A stretch of DNA of 63,030 bases, filler included, from Globobulimina sp. (GCA_003354225.1; 38 parts of 38 records of this genome joined end to end with filler, not necessarily neighbours in it); one strand, 5' to 3'. Shown: positions 48,569-61,371, counted from the first letter of the whole stretch. Program-made: numbers and translations. Notes: generated by a model from the letters alone, not told the origin.

Positions 48569-49751
48569 ATGCAAATTAAATGGCATGATTTCGATGATAT
48601 GGTAATATATCGCCAAGCAAATCTGTGGTCGAAACATATTCGGGCACCAACGACGAACATATTATCATCATATATTGAGGAAAAGTATTGGACGCCTTGG
48701 AATAAACAACGTGAAGAAGATTTAACTAATTATAGTACCGATTCGAAGCGGATGAAAGAAAAAGTTGAACTAAATTGCGAGGGTATTAAAATAAATGACA
48801 TCGAAATTATCGGCTCTATAAAAAGGAATAATTTGAGCAATATGTCGTGGGATTTTATTGATAACACAGACAACGATGAATCATTCATATCATTGAAAAC
48901 GAAAAAGATAAAATCAAAGAATTTTGCCATGAAAAATGGCCTATTTAATACAATATTCAATGCAGCAAAATCAATCCAATCAACAGACTATATATATATG
49001 AAAAATATTCAATTTAGCGAGATACCCAAATCTATTGCATCATATCATGCACCGCTCACAGTCCCACTCAATTTGCAAGCCCATATCTATGATAAAGATA
49101 AAAAAGTAATTGATTTTAGCCAAGATTGGCTGAAGCAGCTATTATGCGATAATCAAATAAGTCCGAAATTGTTCCAATTGGGCTTCACTGATGGCTCAAA
49201 TAAAAACCAATACGGAGGATCTGGCTTATTCTCCTGTTCAGCAGAATATTATTTAAATGAACTATCATATGATCAAATCATCCAAAATAAATTCATTGAC
49301 CCCGACATAGAAAATAACCACAACTCAATCTCCAATTATTTCTATCATGCCAGATCAGTCAGTATACGATCAAGTATTGATCATTGTGAGTTTGATGGAG
49401 TCGACTTAGTTTTAGACGACTTCGATTATTATGTAAATTTAATCAAGGCAAAAAATCCAAATCAAATACCCGAACATATAATGCTAATCATTGACAATAT
49501 AGGCGTAATAAAATGGATAGTCGGAGACAATCAAATTAAATCAACAATTATTCATGAAAAAGTAAAAAGGATACACGAACAAATTAAACTATTAAACGAA
49601 TATCAAATAAAAGTCCATCTCGTATGGAAAAATTCACACACAGGAGAACCAGGCAACGAATTAGCTGATATCTTGGCAAAATTAGCTATGTTAAATCTAT
49701 ATCAATCTAGGAAATGGCCTGAATACCCTCTCAAACCGTCAACTGATGAAT
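48569..49751 (+). mobile_element. Retroelement RNase H domain, probably the C-terminal region of a non-LTR ORF2
   Basis: FTDGS, GGSG, HCE, IIDN, WKNSHTGEPGNELADILAK. Confidence 0.78.
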
Positions 49752-49851
49752 NNNNNNNNNNNNNNNNNNNNNNNNNNNNNNNNNNNNNNNNNNNNTTAAT
49801 TAATTAANNNNNNNNNNNNNNNNNNNNNNNNNNNNNNNNNNNNNNNNNNNN

Positions 49852-50461
49852 GGCAAAGGATCAAGGATTATATGGTGCTAAGCATGGATTAGATGATTCC
49901 TTATCTGGTTTGAATATGCATTCTATTGATATTTATTTAATTCACCATCCACATTGCGATAATAAATTATGTGATGGAAGTTGGAAAACATCATGGCGAG
50001 TGATTGAAGATTATTATTTTGCAAATAAAATTAAATATGTTGGGGTATCAAATTTTGATATAAATCAATTTCATGAATTATTGGATTGGAGCAACATTCC
50101 AATATCCATTATACAAAATTGGTTTGATCCATTTCATCAAAATGATAGAAATATATTTGAAGAATCAAAAAAATTATCAATAATATATCAAGCGTATAGT
50201 TTGTTGGGAACACAATGGAAATATATTGCAAATGGATATGGCGGAAATAAAGATCCAGTATTTTCGAATAAAAAATTAAAGCAAATTGCAAAGAAATATA
50301 AGGATAAATCTGTTGCTCAGATTGTACTTCGATGGGCATTACAAAATCAAATTGCTATTTTACCATCAAGTTCCAAAGAAAATAGAATTAAAGAAAATAT
50401 AGACATTTTTGATTTTGAGTTGAGTCAACAAGATATGACCACAATTGATGAGATTAGTTAA
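49852..50461 (+). CDS. Aldo/keto reductase, C-terminal part
   Basis: IDIYLIHHP, VGVSNF, QAYSLLG, AQIVLRWALQ, RIKENIDIFDFELS. Confidence 0.93.
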
Positions 50462-50571
50462 ACAATAGATTACAAAACAACATCTCACAGAGTAATTGTT
50501 GCTAATCTATACTAGTAAAAAATTTTAAATTGCTAAGTGAAAAATGCAATGCCAACCATTTCAATAAAGAA

Positions 50572-51411
50572 ATGATCAGGAAAAGGATTAAAAAGCGTAT
50601 TGAACAAAGAAGAAACAACAAGTCGACATCAAATGATGTCGAGCCAGATGATGAATTTGATCAAATTGATAAATCAATGATTTATAATGACACTCATCGG
50701 CGAGATGATAACAATCAAAATAATCAATTCAATCAATCTGAATCCAATGTCGACCAAACAGGAAATAATCAAGAAATAAACGACAATTTCAACTATTTAA
50801 CTGACATATGCAAAGATAAAAAATTTAACAAAAAACACTTGAGCATAATATTAAAAGTATTAAAATTAGAATTACAGCCTCTTATTTATTTGTTATTATT
50901 TGTTAAAGGAGTATTGTTGTGGACAAATATATTCTTTACCTTTATTTTATTTGTATTATTATTATATTTCGCATATATAAATATTGTAAACTATTTATTT
51001 GGTTTATGTTTTCTGATAATTTCGTTGCTAATGCTTTCAATGAAAACAAATCGAGAAAAAACGATTTTTAGTTTAGCACTTATCATTGGTTGTGTTACGC
51101 CGCTTGATATTGATAATGATAATGATAATTATGTGGAAGAAACAGACATTGATAATAATGATAACGAGGATGGAGCAAAAGAGAAAGAATTGAGACGATG
51201 GCAATTGTTCCAAAGAGCACGAAGAGTTAAACAAAAAATACAAAAAAAAGTTATGCAGTTAGGAGAGTTTGAATATTTATTATATGAGTTATCAATCTAT
51301 ATTGGTAAATTAAGAGCGATTTATTTCTATAAAGATGACATATTTGGTAAAGCAGTTTGTAGCATCAATATTGTGATTGGATTATTTTGTATTATATTTC
51401 CATTGCGAATT
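50572..51411 (+). CDS. Hypothetical membrane protein with reticulon-like hydrophobic hairpins, 3'-truncated
   Basis: Long hydrophobic stretch after LLW, second hydrophobic segment ending FPLR. Confidence 0.45.
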
Positions 51412-51731
51412 NNNNNNNNNNNNNNNNNNNNNNNNNNNNNNNNNNNNNNNNNNNNTTAATTAATTAANNNNNNNNNNNNNNNNNNNNNNNNNNNNNNNNN
51501 NNNNNNNNNNNAGACGTCAAAGTTTTGCTTGTCTCATCGCTAAATCTAACATAATTTCTTGGGGACCACCTCTAATATTTCGTTTTAGCGCATCTGTTTC
51601 AAACAAATAGATTTTATCTACACAGTTAGACGCCAGGATTGAAAACAAATATTATATTATTTACTAAAAAAAAACAGAAATACAAATACTGCACGTACTG
51701 TGTCATATGCATTCCTTTATTATTCTCCAAT

Positions 51732-52610
51732 TTAAGAGACAACACAACATCCACCACCTTTACCATCAACTACATCAAGTCCGTTCAAGAAATCCATTTT
51801 ATGAATAATTTGCTCAACACTCGGATCTTTTTCCCATTCATCGATTGTAGCGCCAGTTAAAATCTTTTCAAATTCTGTTTCTTTTAACATTGGCAACTTT
51901 AATCTGCCCATTTTGTATAATCGAACCAATATAGCTTTACGTAATGTATATTCGCCTGGACTTTCTATTTTTGATTTAGCCAAATCCATGGCTTTCCTTA
52001 GTAAACCGCCATAAATGCCATCCATATCGCTAAATTTATGCATAACCATTTGTTGCGGATTCATTGCCGCATCAACTCCATATCCGCCTAATCCTTTTTA
52101 TAATGGACAAAGTACATACTTTATTATCAGATTTTTTATATTTTTATTATTTCAAACATACTTTCAAGTATTCTGGAAATGCGAAGTTCCGTGGCGTCAC
52201 TTGTTTGGTTATAATTTGTATTTATGTCAGCATCCGTTTTTACGGCGAAAATTCTTCTGAATGCATGGTGATCGCCAATGGTGAAATTCATAATATTTAA
52301 TTCATCATCGGTTAACGAAGCAAAATCCGCGACTTTAATCCGCTGTTCAATAAATGCGGGAATATGCATTTCAAGATTGTTTCTGGTTAATTCGAGTTGG
52401 GTTTGTAACTGCCACTGAATGCATTTTTATATTAAATATGAATGTTGGAATTGTAAATATTGAATATTCACAATTATATATAGAATGTATTATGCATACA
52501 TGTTCATCGTTTGGTTGTTGTTCATTATCAAACGGTTCGGAATCATGTTGTGTATGTGATTGAACTCTTGAAATGAATAACCAAATAACAGTAAACACAA
52601 AAGAGATCAT
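51732..52610 (-). CDS. SAM-domain protein with a C-terminal CaaX box; predicted introns 52415-52499 and 52094-52161
   Basis: HIPAFIEQRIKVADFASLTDDELNIMNFTIGDHHAF is SAM-like; ends GGCCVVS*; both introns are GT-AG and keep the frame. Confidence 0.5.
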
Positions 52611-53985
52611 GAGTAGTGTCAAGTGTTTAGTACAGAAGTTGAGCTCAGTTTCTATAAAGCAGATTATAAAAGATATAAGTTGTAACGTTAGAATTTGTTC
52701 GGTAGCATTAGGAGAAACCATACAACCATTCAACTATGCAAATTGCTACTATTGCATTACTTACACAATACACAAACACACATAAATGACAGAATTAAAT
52801 TGAATTGGAAATATATTTTACATAAATAACAAAAATTATTCTTTTACTATCTCAAATCTATCACAACTTCCAAATTGAACATGATCCCCTTTTCCAATTT
52901 GTAATTTATATCCACATTTTAAAAATGTATCATTGTATTTCTTGATTACTAATCTTAATGACGAGAAACTATTTAATGGTGCAAAAATATAAATACCTTT
53001 TTTTAATGGCCAATATGATACAACCTTATAAATATCCCATAAAATTTCATCTGTTATCAATCTTCATGGGGNNNNNNNNNNNNNNNNNNNNNNNNNNNNN
53101 NNNNNNNNNNNNNNNTTAATTAATTAANNNNNNNNNNNNNNNNNNNNNNNNNNNNNNNNNNNNNNNNNNNNTAAAAGATGATAGTTTTGATTATAAACAA
53201 AATGTAATTTATGAACCTGTAACAAGGCATAGGTCCATATCCCATTTGAATTGGTCAGGCATACAAAGTATAGCACCAAATAGCGTGGGCAGCTCATTTT
53301 GGCATAATTGAAGATACGATGTCAATTTGTAAATAAACAAATTGCATACATCACTTGTTAAGTTAAATTAGCACTACTATCATCTCTCTGAGGCGACGAC
53401 GAAATTATTAAACCAATGTATCAAAGACAGTTAATTAATTCTCCTGTATAGCATAATATTTATACAAATATAATTTCATACATCATTTCTTAACTAATAT
53501 ACAATTTGATTACAATCCAATAATAATTTCACCTAAAAAAAGAACAAGGATTCTGTTGCTTCAATGTAAGCTGCGACTCGATATAATACAGCTATTAATT
53601 TGGTTGAAGGAAAACCACGGGTTAATCAGTTGCGAAAATAGGGAGGATTAATTGTTTAGAAAAAGGTAAGTTTTGAAGGTTTTTGGTTGAAGTTTTTCAA
53701 AAATTTTAAAATATTGACAGGCAATGACAGCTAACAATCTATGCATGAACGGAGTATTCTTAGTTTCTAAGACAACAATGACTGGATTATGAAATTATAC
53801 GATTATGAATTGTCAAAATTCTAATTTCGTGAAAACGATCTAAATATATCGACAAATTAAACTCCATAAAATCAAATGACACAAATCATGAAAGTAAAGC
53901 GAAGTATAAGTAAAGCGAAGTATACAATTATAAATTATAACACACGCTTGTTTTAGGTTTGGTATATGGCTCAATGATAAGTGCA

Positions 53986-54540
53986 TTACTTAACCGGTCG
54001 CATAACAGAGAAGGAGCAACAGATTGCAGTTCCAAATGCGAATAAAGGGATAAACATTAATGTATCTTTTTTTTCAACGTCTTTGCGAGACTCTTCATTC
54101 ATTGCTTTGATCAGTGTCATACCCACAGATATTGTACCATTGCCACACTTATCTGTAATATGTACACATTCATCACCATCACAATTATTTGTGGTCGACA
54201 TAAATATTTGATTTTGAGCCGTGCCATTTAGGTTAAGTTCATATGAAAAATATGTATCATAAAAGTCATAATAAGATTCAAATGTAATATGACCATAATA
54301 TTCGTCTGTTTCATGTGTTGTATAATTATGATATGATGCACCATAAAAGACACAGACTGATATGGCACAAAACCAACATACTACGCCCAAAATATTACCA
54401 CTTTCAAATGGAACAAATACGGATTTGAATACGATTCCCATTAAACAAAATACAAAACCTACAATGCAGCCTAATACAATGGGAAAGGAGGAATACATTT
54501 TCTTGACACTGTCTACTTCGTCGATGCTGCCACCCGCACT
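53986..54540 (-). CDS. Membrane protein fragment; first TM resembles MMPL/RND family; probably chimeric
   Basis: MYSSFPIVLGCIVGFVFCLMGIVFKSVFVP followed by unrelated-looking sequence. Confidence 0.35.
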   Translation of the reverse strand, partial: SAGGSIDEVDSVKKMYSSFPIVLGCIVGFVFCLMGIVFKSVFVPFESGNILGVVCWFCAISVCVFYGASYHNYTTHETDEYYGHITFESYYDFYDTYFSYELNLNGTAQNQIFMSTTNNCDGDECVHITDKCGNGTISVGMTLIKAMNEESRKDVEKKDTLMFIPLFAFGTAICCSFSVMRPVK

Positions 54541-54831
54541 GCATACATTTTTCAGTTTCAAACTCAATTTTTGGTAATCTCACACTCAAAATATTCAGTT
54601 TCAAACTCAATTTCCAGTGTACATTGTTTGTTTTGTTTCCAGTTTCAAATTGATTGAGTTTGGAAAACCGCAGCGTATAAATCACCCTCTTCGTCAGAGT
54701 CCGAGTCCGTATCTGCCACGTTATGGATCACNNNNNNNNNNNNNNNNNNNNNNNNNNNNNNNNNNNNNNNNNNNNTTAATTAATTAANNNNNNNNNNNNN
54801 NNNNNNNNNNNNNNNNNNNNNNNNNNNNNNN

Positions 54832-55610
54832 TCATTGTAACACGAAGCCATATGTTGTTGAAATTGTTTGTATTGACTCGAATTATATCCACCCATCGCA
54901 TCTATCATTTGCTTACATATCTTCATCGGAGGCGGCCATGGCTTGGGGTCATCGCCATAAATAAAACCAAAATAAATGTGAAACAAATGTCCATTGTTTG
55001 TAATTAATAAATTATCCAAATGTCTGTCGCCGACACCCAATAAAAATGTTATTACACAGTACCCACTGCAGGATCGCACAAACGTATCCACGTTTTTTTG
55101 ATATTGATTTGCTTTCCCATTCGTTGCAATTGAATGAGTCAAAAATGACGATATATATCAGCGAATTTCTTTAATATGCCTGCGATGGCTGTATTATTTG
55201 GTACATACTCCAACATTCCATGCACGTGATTCCATGGTCGATACTTGTGGCCAACACCGGGTATGCTGTCAAACATAAATCCAAATTGACCTCTCTTAAA
55301 AGCACATCCATCAAATGTATCATTTGAATGATTAGCTGATGCTGACGCAAATCGTCGCCATTCTTCCATATTATTTTGTAAAACTCATCATTTTCCAAAT
55401 CAATGTAAGACTCTTCCTTTTCCTCCGTATGACCCCCTTCTTTCTGCTCATTATCAGCATCATTGTCGCCGTCTCGATATCTTAAAGGTCAACAAAAAAG
55501 GACACAGTGCTGATTTAAACACAGTGCATTTATCTGCCTCGATGCCACTGACTCTTATTTCGGGCCTTAACGGCATTACCGGCGGTTTCTCGAAACATTG
55601 CAAATGCGCA
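54832..55610 (-). pseudogene. VPS34: Class III PI3-kinase (Vps34) catalytic region with frameshifts
   Basis: PLRPEIRVSGI...[51 protein letters not shown]; about three frame changes; HIDFG replaced by HIYFG. Confidence 0.82.
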
Positions 55611-55744
55611 AATTACAGAAACAAGAGACTATGGTTGAAAAGTCCTTTTTAAGAGTCGACATAATCTTATATTTTAAAACTATAAAATATAAAATTGAGG
55701 AAATAAATTAATTCCTACCCAGGAGTCTACGTCGCTTGTCGACA

Positions 55745-55985
55745 ATTTTATTTGTTTTTTAAATGTTTTTATTTTTGTTATTTGTTTAATATCTTCATTT
55801 CCTCCATTTCCTTGTTGTCCATCTTCATTAGCACCAATAGAATATAATTGCAATATTTTATAGATTAAATAATGGAATGCATGGATGATACTAATAATAT
55901 CCCTATGGATGTATTGAGTCCTACAGTTTCTAATGTATCCACTTACTAATAATTGTGACCGTCTTTTCCTGACAGTAGTGTTCAT
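55745..55985 (-). CDS. RCC1/BLIP-II repeat protein N-terminus, cut at the junction into Vps34 sequence
   Basis: LYSIGANEDGQQGNGG; paralogue of 39536-39787. Confidence 0.7.
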
Positions 55986-56046
55986 TTTTGTGGATAACTA
56001 GCAAGGCGAGATTTGACAAGCTAGAATAGATGGATCAGAAAGTAAT

Positions 56047-56391
56047 TTATCGCCAATAAGTGGCCCAATCATGTATTTTATCGACAACTTTTGTAAATAA
56101 AGCATTGACAGATTCCTCCATTAAGTTTAATAAGTATGCACTCGCTTGTTCGTCATTTAAATCCAATCTTAGTTTTTGATAGACGAAATTCACATTTTCC
56201 TCAATTTCCTGAATAGAACCTTGGCCGATTAAAGACAAAAGATTGAGAATAAGTGGCGCTTTTTTTCTCAATTCATTGTAACACGAAGCCATATGTTGTT
56301 GAAATTGTTTGTATTGACTCGAATTATATCCACCCATCGCATCTATCATTTGCTTACATATCTTCATCGGAGGCGGCCATGGCTTGGGGTC
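56047..56391 (-). CDS. VPS34: Vps34 extreme C-terminus, continuing 54832-55610 across the terminal repeat
   Basis: YNELRKKAPLILNLLSL...KLRLDLNDEQA...VVDKIHDWATYWR*. Confidence 0.88.
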   Translation of the reverse strand, partial: DPKPWPPPMKICKQMIDAMGGYNSSQYKQFQQHMASCYNELRKKAPLILNLLSLIGQGSIQEIEENVNFVYQKLRLDLNDEQASAYLLNLMEESVNALFTKVVDKIHDWATYWR

Positions 56392-56493
56392 NNNNNNNNN
56401 NNNNNNNNNNNNNNNNNNNNNNNNNNNNNNNNNNNTTAATTAATTAANNNNNNNNNNNNNNNNNNNNNNNNNNNNNNNNNNNNNNNNNNNNTA

Positions 56494-58032
56494 ATCATAT
56501 TATTATCGATTGTATTTGTTATTGGAATGACCTCCGCGATTTTAAACCTCTTTCTATTGGATTTCTCAAACATTTTACAATCATCATATAAACATATATT
56601 TATTTCCGGAGAAGCGTTATCTGCCATTGTCGCCTCCATAACGCGTGTAATCACACGAATATGTTACAAAAAGAATGTCGTTGCTTCATCAAATACATAT
56701 TTTATATTCATTGCAACTTACTGTATATTTTGCGCCGTATTATTCGCACTGATCCGGTTTACTAAGTATGTAGCTTTCAGCTTAAACATTTATATTCTAC
56801 AGATCGCGCAGTACAAATCAAATGGAAACAAAGTACATTTGTTCAGCCCATACACTCAGAAACTGTTACAACAATCGTTATATTTAAATGACGAAACTTG
56901 CTCACAAAATAATAATAATATTGCTCAAACGACTGGGAAACAACAAAATATTAACATCAATACTAAACAATTTAATTCATTCGACGAGGAAAAATATTTA
57001 AATAAATCATTATCGCAGACGCAGGGCGGCAATGACAAAATGCTGACGACCTCGTTGTCACTCCTTACTGTGGGATCATCGCAGTTTGAGGAGTATGAAA
57101 GAATGGATTTGCAATCTTCGTCAACCATTGCGGATCTTCATGCTATTCAGCCACAGACACTACAATCAGCACAAAATAATACTATTAAGGCAGCTGCAAA
57201 CCACGGTGTTGACATAACAAACTTTTTAAATTCACTCAACTACAAACCAAATATGAATGCGTCGCTAAAGGATGGCAACAATCATTCTTTGCCATCTTTG
57301 TTAAGCTCCGCTCAAAGTTATCATTCGATGCATGAAAATCGGGCATATTCATCCATATTATTTAACGATACAGATTCAAAAAAATTTGAATGGAATAGAA
57401 TGTCGAAAAAAATAAGGTTGTATTGTTATATCATCTCAATTGCAAACATATTAACATGGAGTACTGTGCCTGGATTAATATCAGGCGATATCAAAAGTGA
57501 TTTGCCGTTTATCGCTGCAAATGATTGGCAATCAATATTATTAATGTCGGAATATTTTTGTTGTGAATATGTTGGCAGATTAATTATATCATCGCCAACA
57601 TTTTGGTGGTTTTGTTGTGAATATGAAGATCAAACAATATATAACAATGCAATATTGATTCAGCAAATAGTTATTCGTAATTTAGGCTGCTGTCCAATGT
57701 GTTGTGGTAAATCAAATTTTGTTATCTCTCATACATTTTTGCTGCGGATTTGCTTGTTTCGATTGTTACTTTATCCGATATTTTTTTGTGTATATACCAA
57801 TTTATTTGATAACCAATTTGATTTTATGGCACATTTTTTGATGCTGTTCATTGGAATAACGCAAGGATATATATATCGTATGACATTTACAATGGCACCA
57901 CAATTTGTGCCTAAATATAAACGAGAAGCAATAACTTCAGTTTTGAGATTGTTTCATTTTGGTGGAATTGCTGTTGGGTCAATCATTGCCTTAATTGTTG
58001 TATATGTTGTTCAAAAAACTCATTTGTTATGA
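56494..58032 (+). CDS. Equilibrative nucleoside transporter (SLC29/ENT family), 5'-truncated
   Basis: FISGEALSAIVAS, TWSTVPG, EYVGR, GITQGY, APQFVP...RE, GIAVGS. Confidence 0.85.
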   Translation: MILLSIVFVIGMTSAILNLFLLDFSNILQSSYKHIFISGEALSAIVASITRVITRICYKKNVVASSNTYFIFIATYCIFCAVLFALIRFTKYVAFSLNIYILQIAQYKSNGNKVHLFSPYTQKLLQQSLYLNDETCSQNNNNIAQTTGKQQNININTKQFNSFDEEKYLNKSLSQTQGGNDKMLTTSLSLLTVGSSQFEEYERMDLQSSSTIADLHAIQPQTLQSAQNNTIKAAANHGVDITNFLNSLNYKPNMNASLKDGNNHSLPSLLSSAQSYHSMHENRAYSSILFNDTDSKKFEWNRMSKKIRLYCYIISIANILTWSTVPGLISGDIKSDLPFIAANDWQSILLMSEYFCCEYVGRLIISSPTFWWFCCEYEDQTIYNNAILIQQIVIRNLGCCPMCCGKSNFVISHTFLLRICLFRLLLYPIFFCVYTNLFDNQFDFMAHFLMLFIGITQGYIYRMTFTMAPQFVPKYKREAITSVLRLFHFGGIAVGSIIALIVVYVVQKTHLL

Positions 58033-58381
58033 TATTAGCTCTATAAGTTTGNNNNNNNNNNNNNNNNNNNNNNNNNNNNNNNNNNNNNNNNNNNNTTAAT
58101 TAATTAANNNNNNNNNNNNNNNNNNNNNNNNNNNNNNNNNNNNNNNNNNNNGATGCTGGCCATTGCAATCAATGCTGACACGGATATGAAGATTTTATAT
58201 TTCATTGCTAAAGTATTTGTCGGTTTGCCAGCGTCAGATAGCAGTGGTTTGGCCAGATTGTCGTTGGAAGAAACTGGTTGCATCGATATTGCGCTGCCTT
58301 TTGTGCTTGAATACTGGTTCTGTGCCATGATGAATAGGATGTTTTTAGCTTAGTATTTTGAGTGTGTTGCTAGTGTCGCCA

Positions 58382-59362
58382 ATGTCAGAGTCCTCTTCCG
58401 ATGATTTTTCCGATATTGAATACACGCAGACTAAAAATGAAAATATATCCGATGTCGATTCATTTGAAGATTTGAATGAAGAGTCAACTGCAAAATCAAA
58501 TCAACTGACAAAAACACAATTGGATTCGGATCCGAATGAGTCTTTTGGATCTGATGAGTTTGAAAAAGAACATGAAATTCCAATGGCAATGGACAGAAAT
58601 ACGGAAAATGTGATGGAAACAATTGGCGATAAATCAAATATGGCCGGTCGCAGTGACGATAATTCCGATTTATATTACAATGGCCGAGATTATGATTCGT
58701 TGGATGTAAACAATGAAATCCGCCGATTATTTGAATATATTGAAAGATTTAAATACAATGAAATCGAGTTGGAGACCCAGTTAAAACCATTTATTCCGGA
58801 CTACATCCCATCGATCGGAAATGTGGACTGCTTCATTAAACCGACACTGTCGACAAAGAATTATGATGAAAGTAATGAGAAATTAGGCATTCATTATCTG
58901 GATGAACCGATTTTAAATCAATCTGATCCGTCTACATTTTATTTGAAATTGACAAATGAATCGAAACAGGTTTCTTTGAGCAAACATACAAAAATAAGTT
59001 CTATTGTAGATGCAGAAAAAAATACAAATAAAATAAGAAATTGGATTGATAATTTTAAGAAAGTGAAAAATAAATCATTATCGAACAATGTATGCATTGA
59101 TAATTTAAATAATATGCCCAAAGCGGAGGAATTAATGCAGCCGTTCATCAATGATAAGTTTAATCAATTTATAAATGAGAAAATCAATGAAAAATGCGAT
59201 ATTATGCCGTCATACAATATGGATTTGTCGTTGGCGCAGTACGCAAAAATAATATGTAATATTTTGGATATTCCTGTTCAAAATAATGATATAAAAACTT
59301 CATTGCACTTACTTTTCTCTACGTATGCTGCTTTAAAGTCTACTTCCAATGCATATGATTGA
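58382..59362 (+). CDS. IFT46: Intraflagellar transport protein 46
   Basis: Acidic N-terminus; LFEYIERF...LKPFIPDYIPSIGNVDCFIK; LDEP..NQSDPS; CNILDIPV; LHLLFSTY. Confidence 0.92.
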   Translation: MSESSSDDFSDIEYTQTKNENISDVDSFEDLNEESTAKSNQLTKTQLDSDPNESFGSDEFEKEHEIPMAMDRNTENVMETIGDKSNMAGRSDDNSDLYYNGRDYDSLDVNNEIRRLFEYIERFKYNEIELETQLKPFIPDYIPSIGNVDCFIKPTLSTKNYDESNEKLGIHYLDEPILNQSDPSTFYLKLTNESKQVSLSKHTKISSIVDAEKNTNKIRNWIDNFKKVKNKSLSNNVCIDNLNNMPKAEELMQPFINDKFNQFINEKINEKCDIMPSYNMDLSLAQYAKIICNILDIPVQNNDIKTSLHLLFSTYAALKSTSNAYD

Positions 59363-60047
59363 TTTAACACAATTTTATTGTGACTGCTTATTTAAGTGTT
59401 TATATTGCGTTTTAACTGTTTATTGATGCTTTATCTGCTACTTTTTTGCCCTAAAGTTTTGAATGCCACAATAGATATTATGTTATTGTCACTATCCAAG
59501 ATATCCATTAATGTCTATTAATTTTGAAAAATTTGACGAAAATTCATATGAAAAATATTACCATTTTCGATAGCATCTACCCTTTTTTTTGTTGAAGCTG
59601 AAACAATATTTCCAAAAATTTGTTCTCGATGCGAAAAAACTTGTTCTTTCCAAATATTTAGTTATCGAAACAAAAAAATTTGATATTTAAACAAAAAATA
59701 CATTCTTTGTANNNNNNNNNNNNNNNNNNNNNNNNNNNNNNNNNNNNNNNNNNNNTTAATTAATTAANNNNNNNNNNNNNNNNNNNNNNNNNNNNNNNNN
59801 NNNNNNNNNNNGTAGTTGCAATTCATTGGGGGTACGCGTAGTCTCACTCTGTTCAATGGATTGCGTGTCTTTTGAATCTTGCATAGATTTGGCATAGGCG
59901 TACGATAAGCGGTGGGTAGAGAGTGATGGTCTGTGTTCAAAGTGGGGCGGCGGTTGCGGCGAATTGGAAGTACCCGTATTCATATAAGTTTGTCTAAATT
60001 GTGGAGATCTAAATTAAATTAAGGATAAAAATCCATTAATAATCTGC

Positions 60048-61371
60048 TTACAGGCAAACATTTGATGCTTTATATGCTGATATATAGGACATGCAAGCAT
60101 CATTATTAATGGATTGTATTTTGTTATACCTAATGGCATCAATTTGTCGTTTATCAATTTGTTGTGGCACTTTAATGAATGCCCTTTGTTCTGGTCGATG
60201 GTACAAATAAAAATCCGCATTTTGTATAATGGAGGCAAAGAGCCACAACTTTAACTTCGAAGGCAACACTGATAAGCGACAGTTATGTAATTCGATATTA
60301 TTGCTATCTAAACGCACTATGATGCCATTAAAACTCGCCGGTAATTTGGTAATCGACGTCGTCAACAAACCAAACAACGCCGGCTTATCATAGGATAAAT
60401 ATTGATTAATGTAAGGATCGCAAGGTGGGATCAATGGGCGATAGAAATGGATCCATTGGAACGGATAAATGAGAGATAGCAATACTTGACAGATAGGGAA
60501 CAATATCGATGGATGATTGGTTAAGAAAATAATTTTCTTCTCTTGCAATAGCGCAGTAATCACAGTCAATATATTCATCGGTTCCAACACTCGAAATAAA
60601 ACACTCCAATTAATATCCGCGTGCAAAGAGGGCGTATAAAAGTTGATATTGTTCGGTAGGGGCACGAAATGTGCATTGTTCTCAAACAGCACAGTGTCGC
60701 CATTGGCACATTCAATCATAATTGTCTCTTCTCGGCGTGTCTCATTATCATTGGCAGAGATTTCAGCGCCAATTTGTTTGAACGCAGTGGAGGATAATAT
60801 TTGATACAAATTCTGTATAAACGACTCATTTGTAATCGCATTTTTGTCTCGAATGTTGATAAAATTCTCCAATATCCGCATAAAAGAATTGTGATAGGGA
60901 TATCTGGTCACAATGCACAAAGCATACGGCGCATAGCCCTCAACTTTACGGGTTCGATCAAAATAAATATCGTTATTAATCTGCCAGGAGTCGTGTAGAT
61001 AGAAACAATTATAATGTACGAAATATCTCTGCTGTTTGTTGTCTTTGTCCATTCCATAAACAATATTCGTATATAAACCACGCAATTTATCGCCTTGCGC
61101 ACTGGATATGCACAGTGGCACAATTTCATTCGGCATACATAAACAGCGCAATTGGCGTATGATTAGCTCCCGTTCATCCAATAAATGCGTATCATAATAA
61201 TTTATATTGGGTCGAATAAAGGTCGCTTGCGGTACCATTGTCAGGCCGGCGCGGCAAAATGGTAACGGCGTAGACACGCTTTTATGCTGTTTATCGTTAA
61301 AACGCATATATTTATCATTGAAAGTCTTATCTTGGACACCGGTGTTAAACCAACAGCCGCCGCTACAACAC
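60048..61371 (-). CDS. DENN-domain protein (Rab GEF family), internal fragment
   Basis: LCMPNE, APYALCIVTRYP, ALLQEKKIIF, SLIYPFQWIHFYRPLIP, PALFGL. Confidence 0.88.

Noticed and set aside
53892-53924. AAGTAAAGCGAAGTAT tandem duplication and similar micro-duplications (~8740-8770, ~2264-2313)
   Set aside because: Two-copy local slippage repeats with no further structure.
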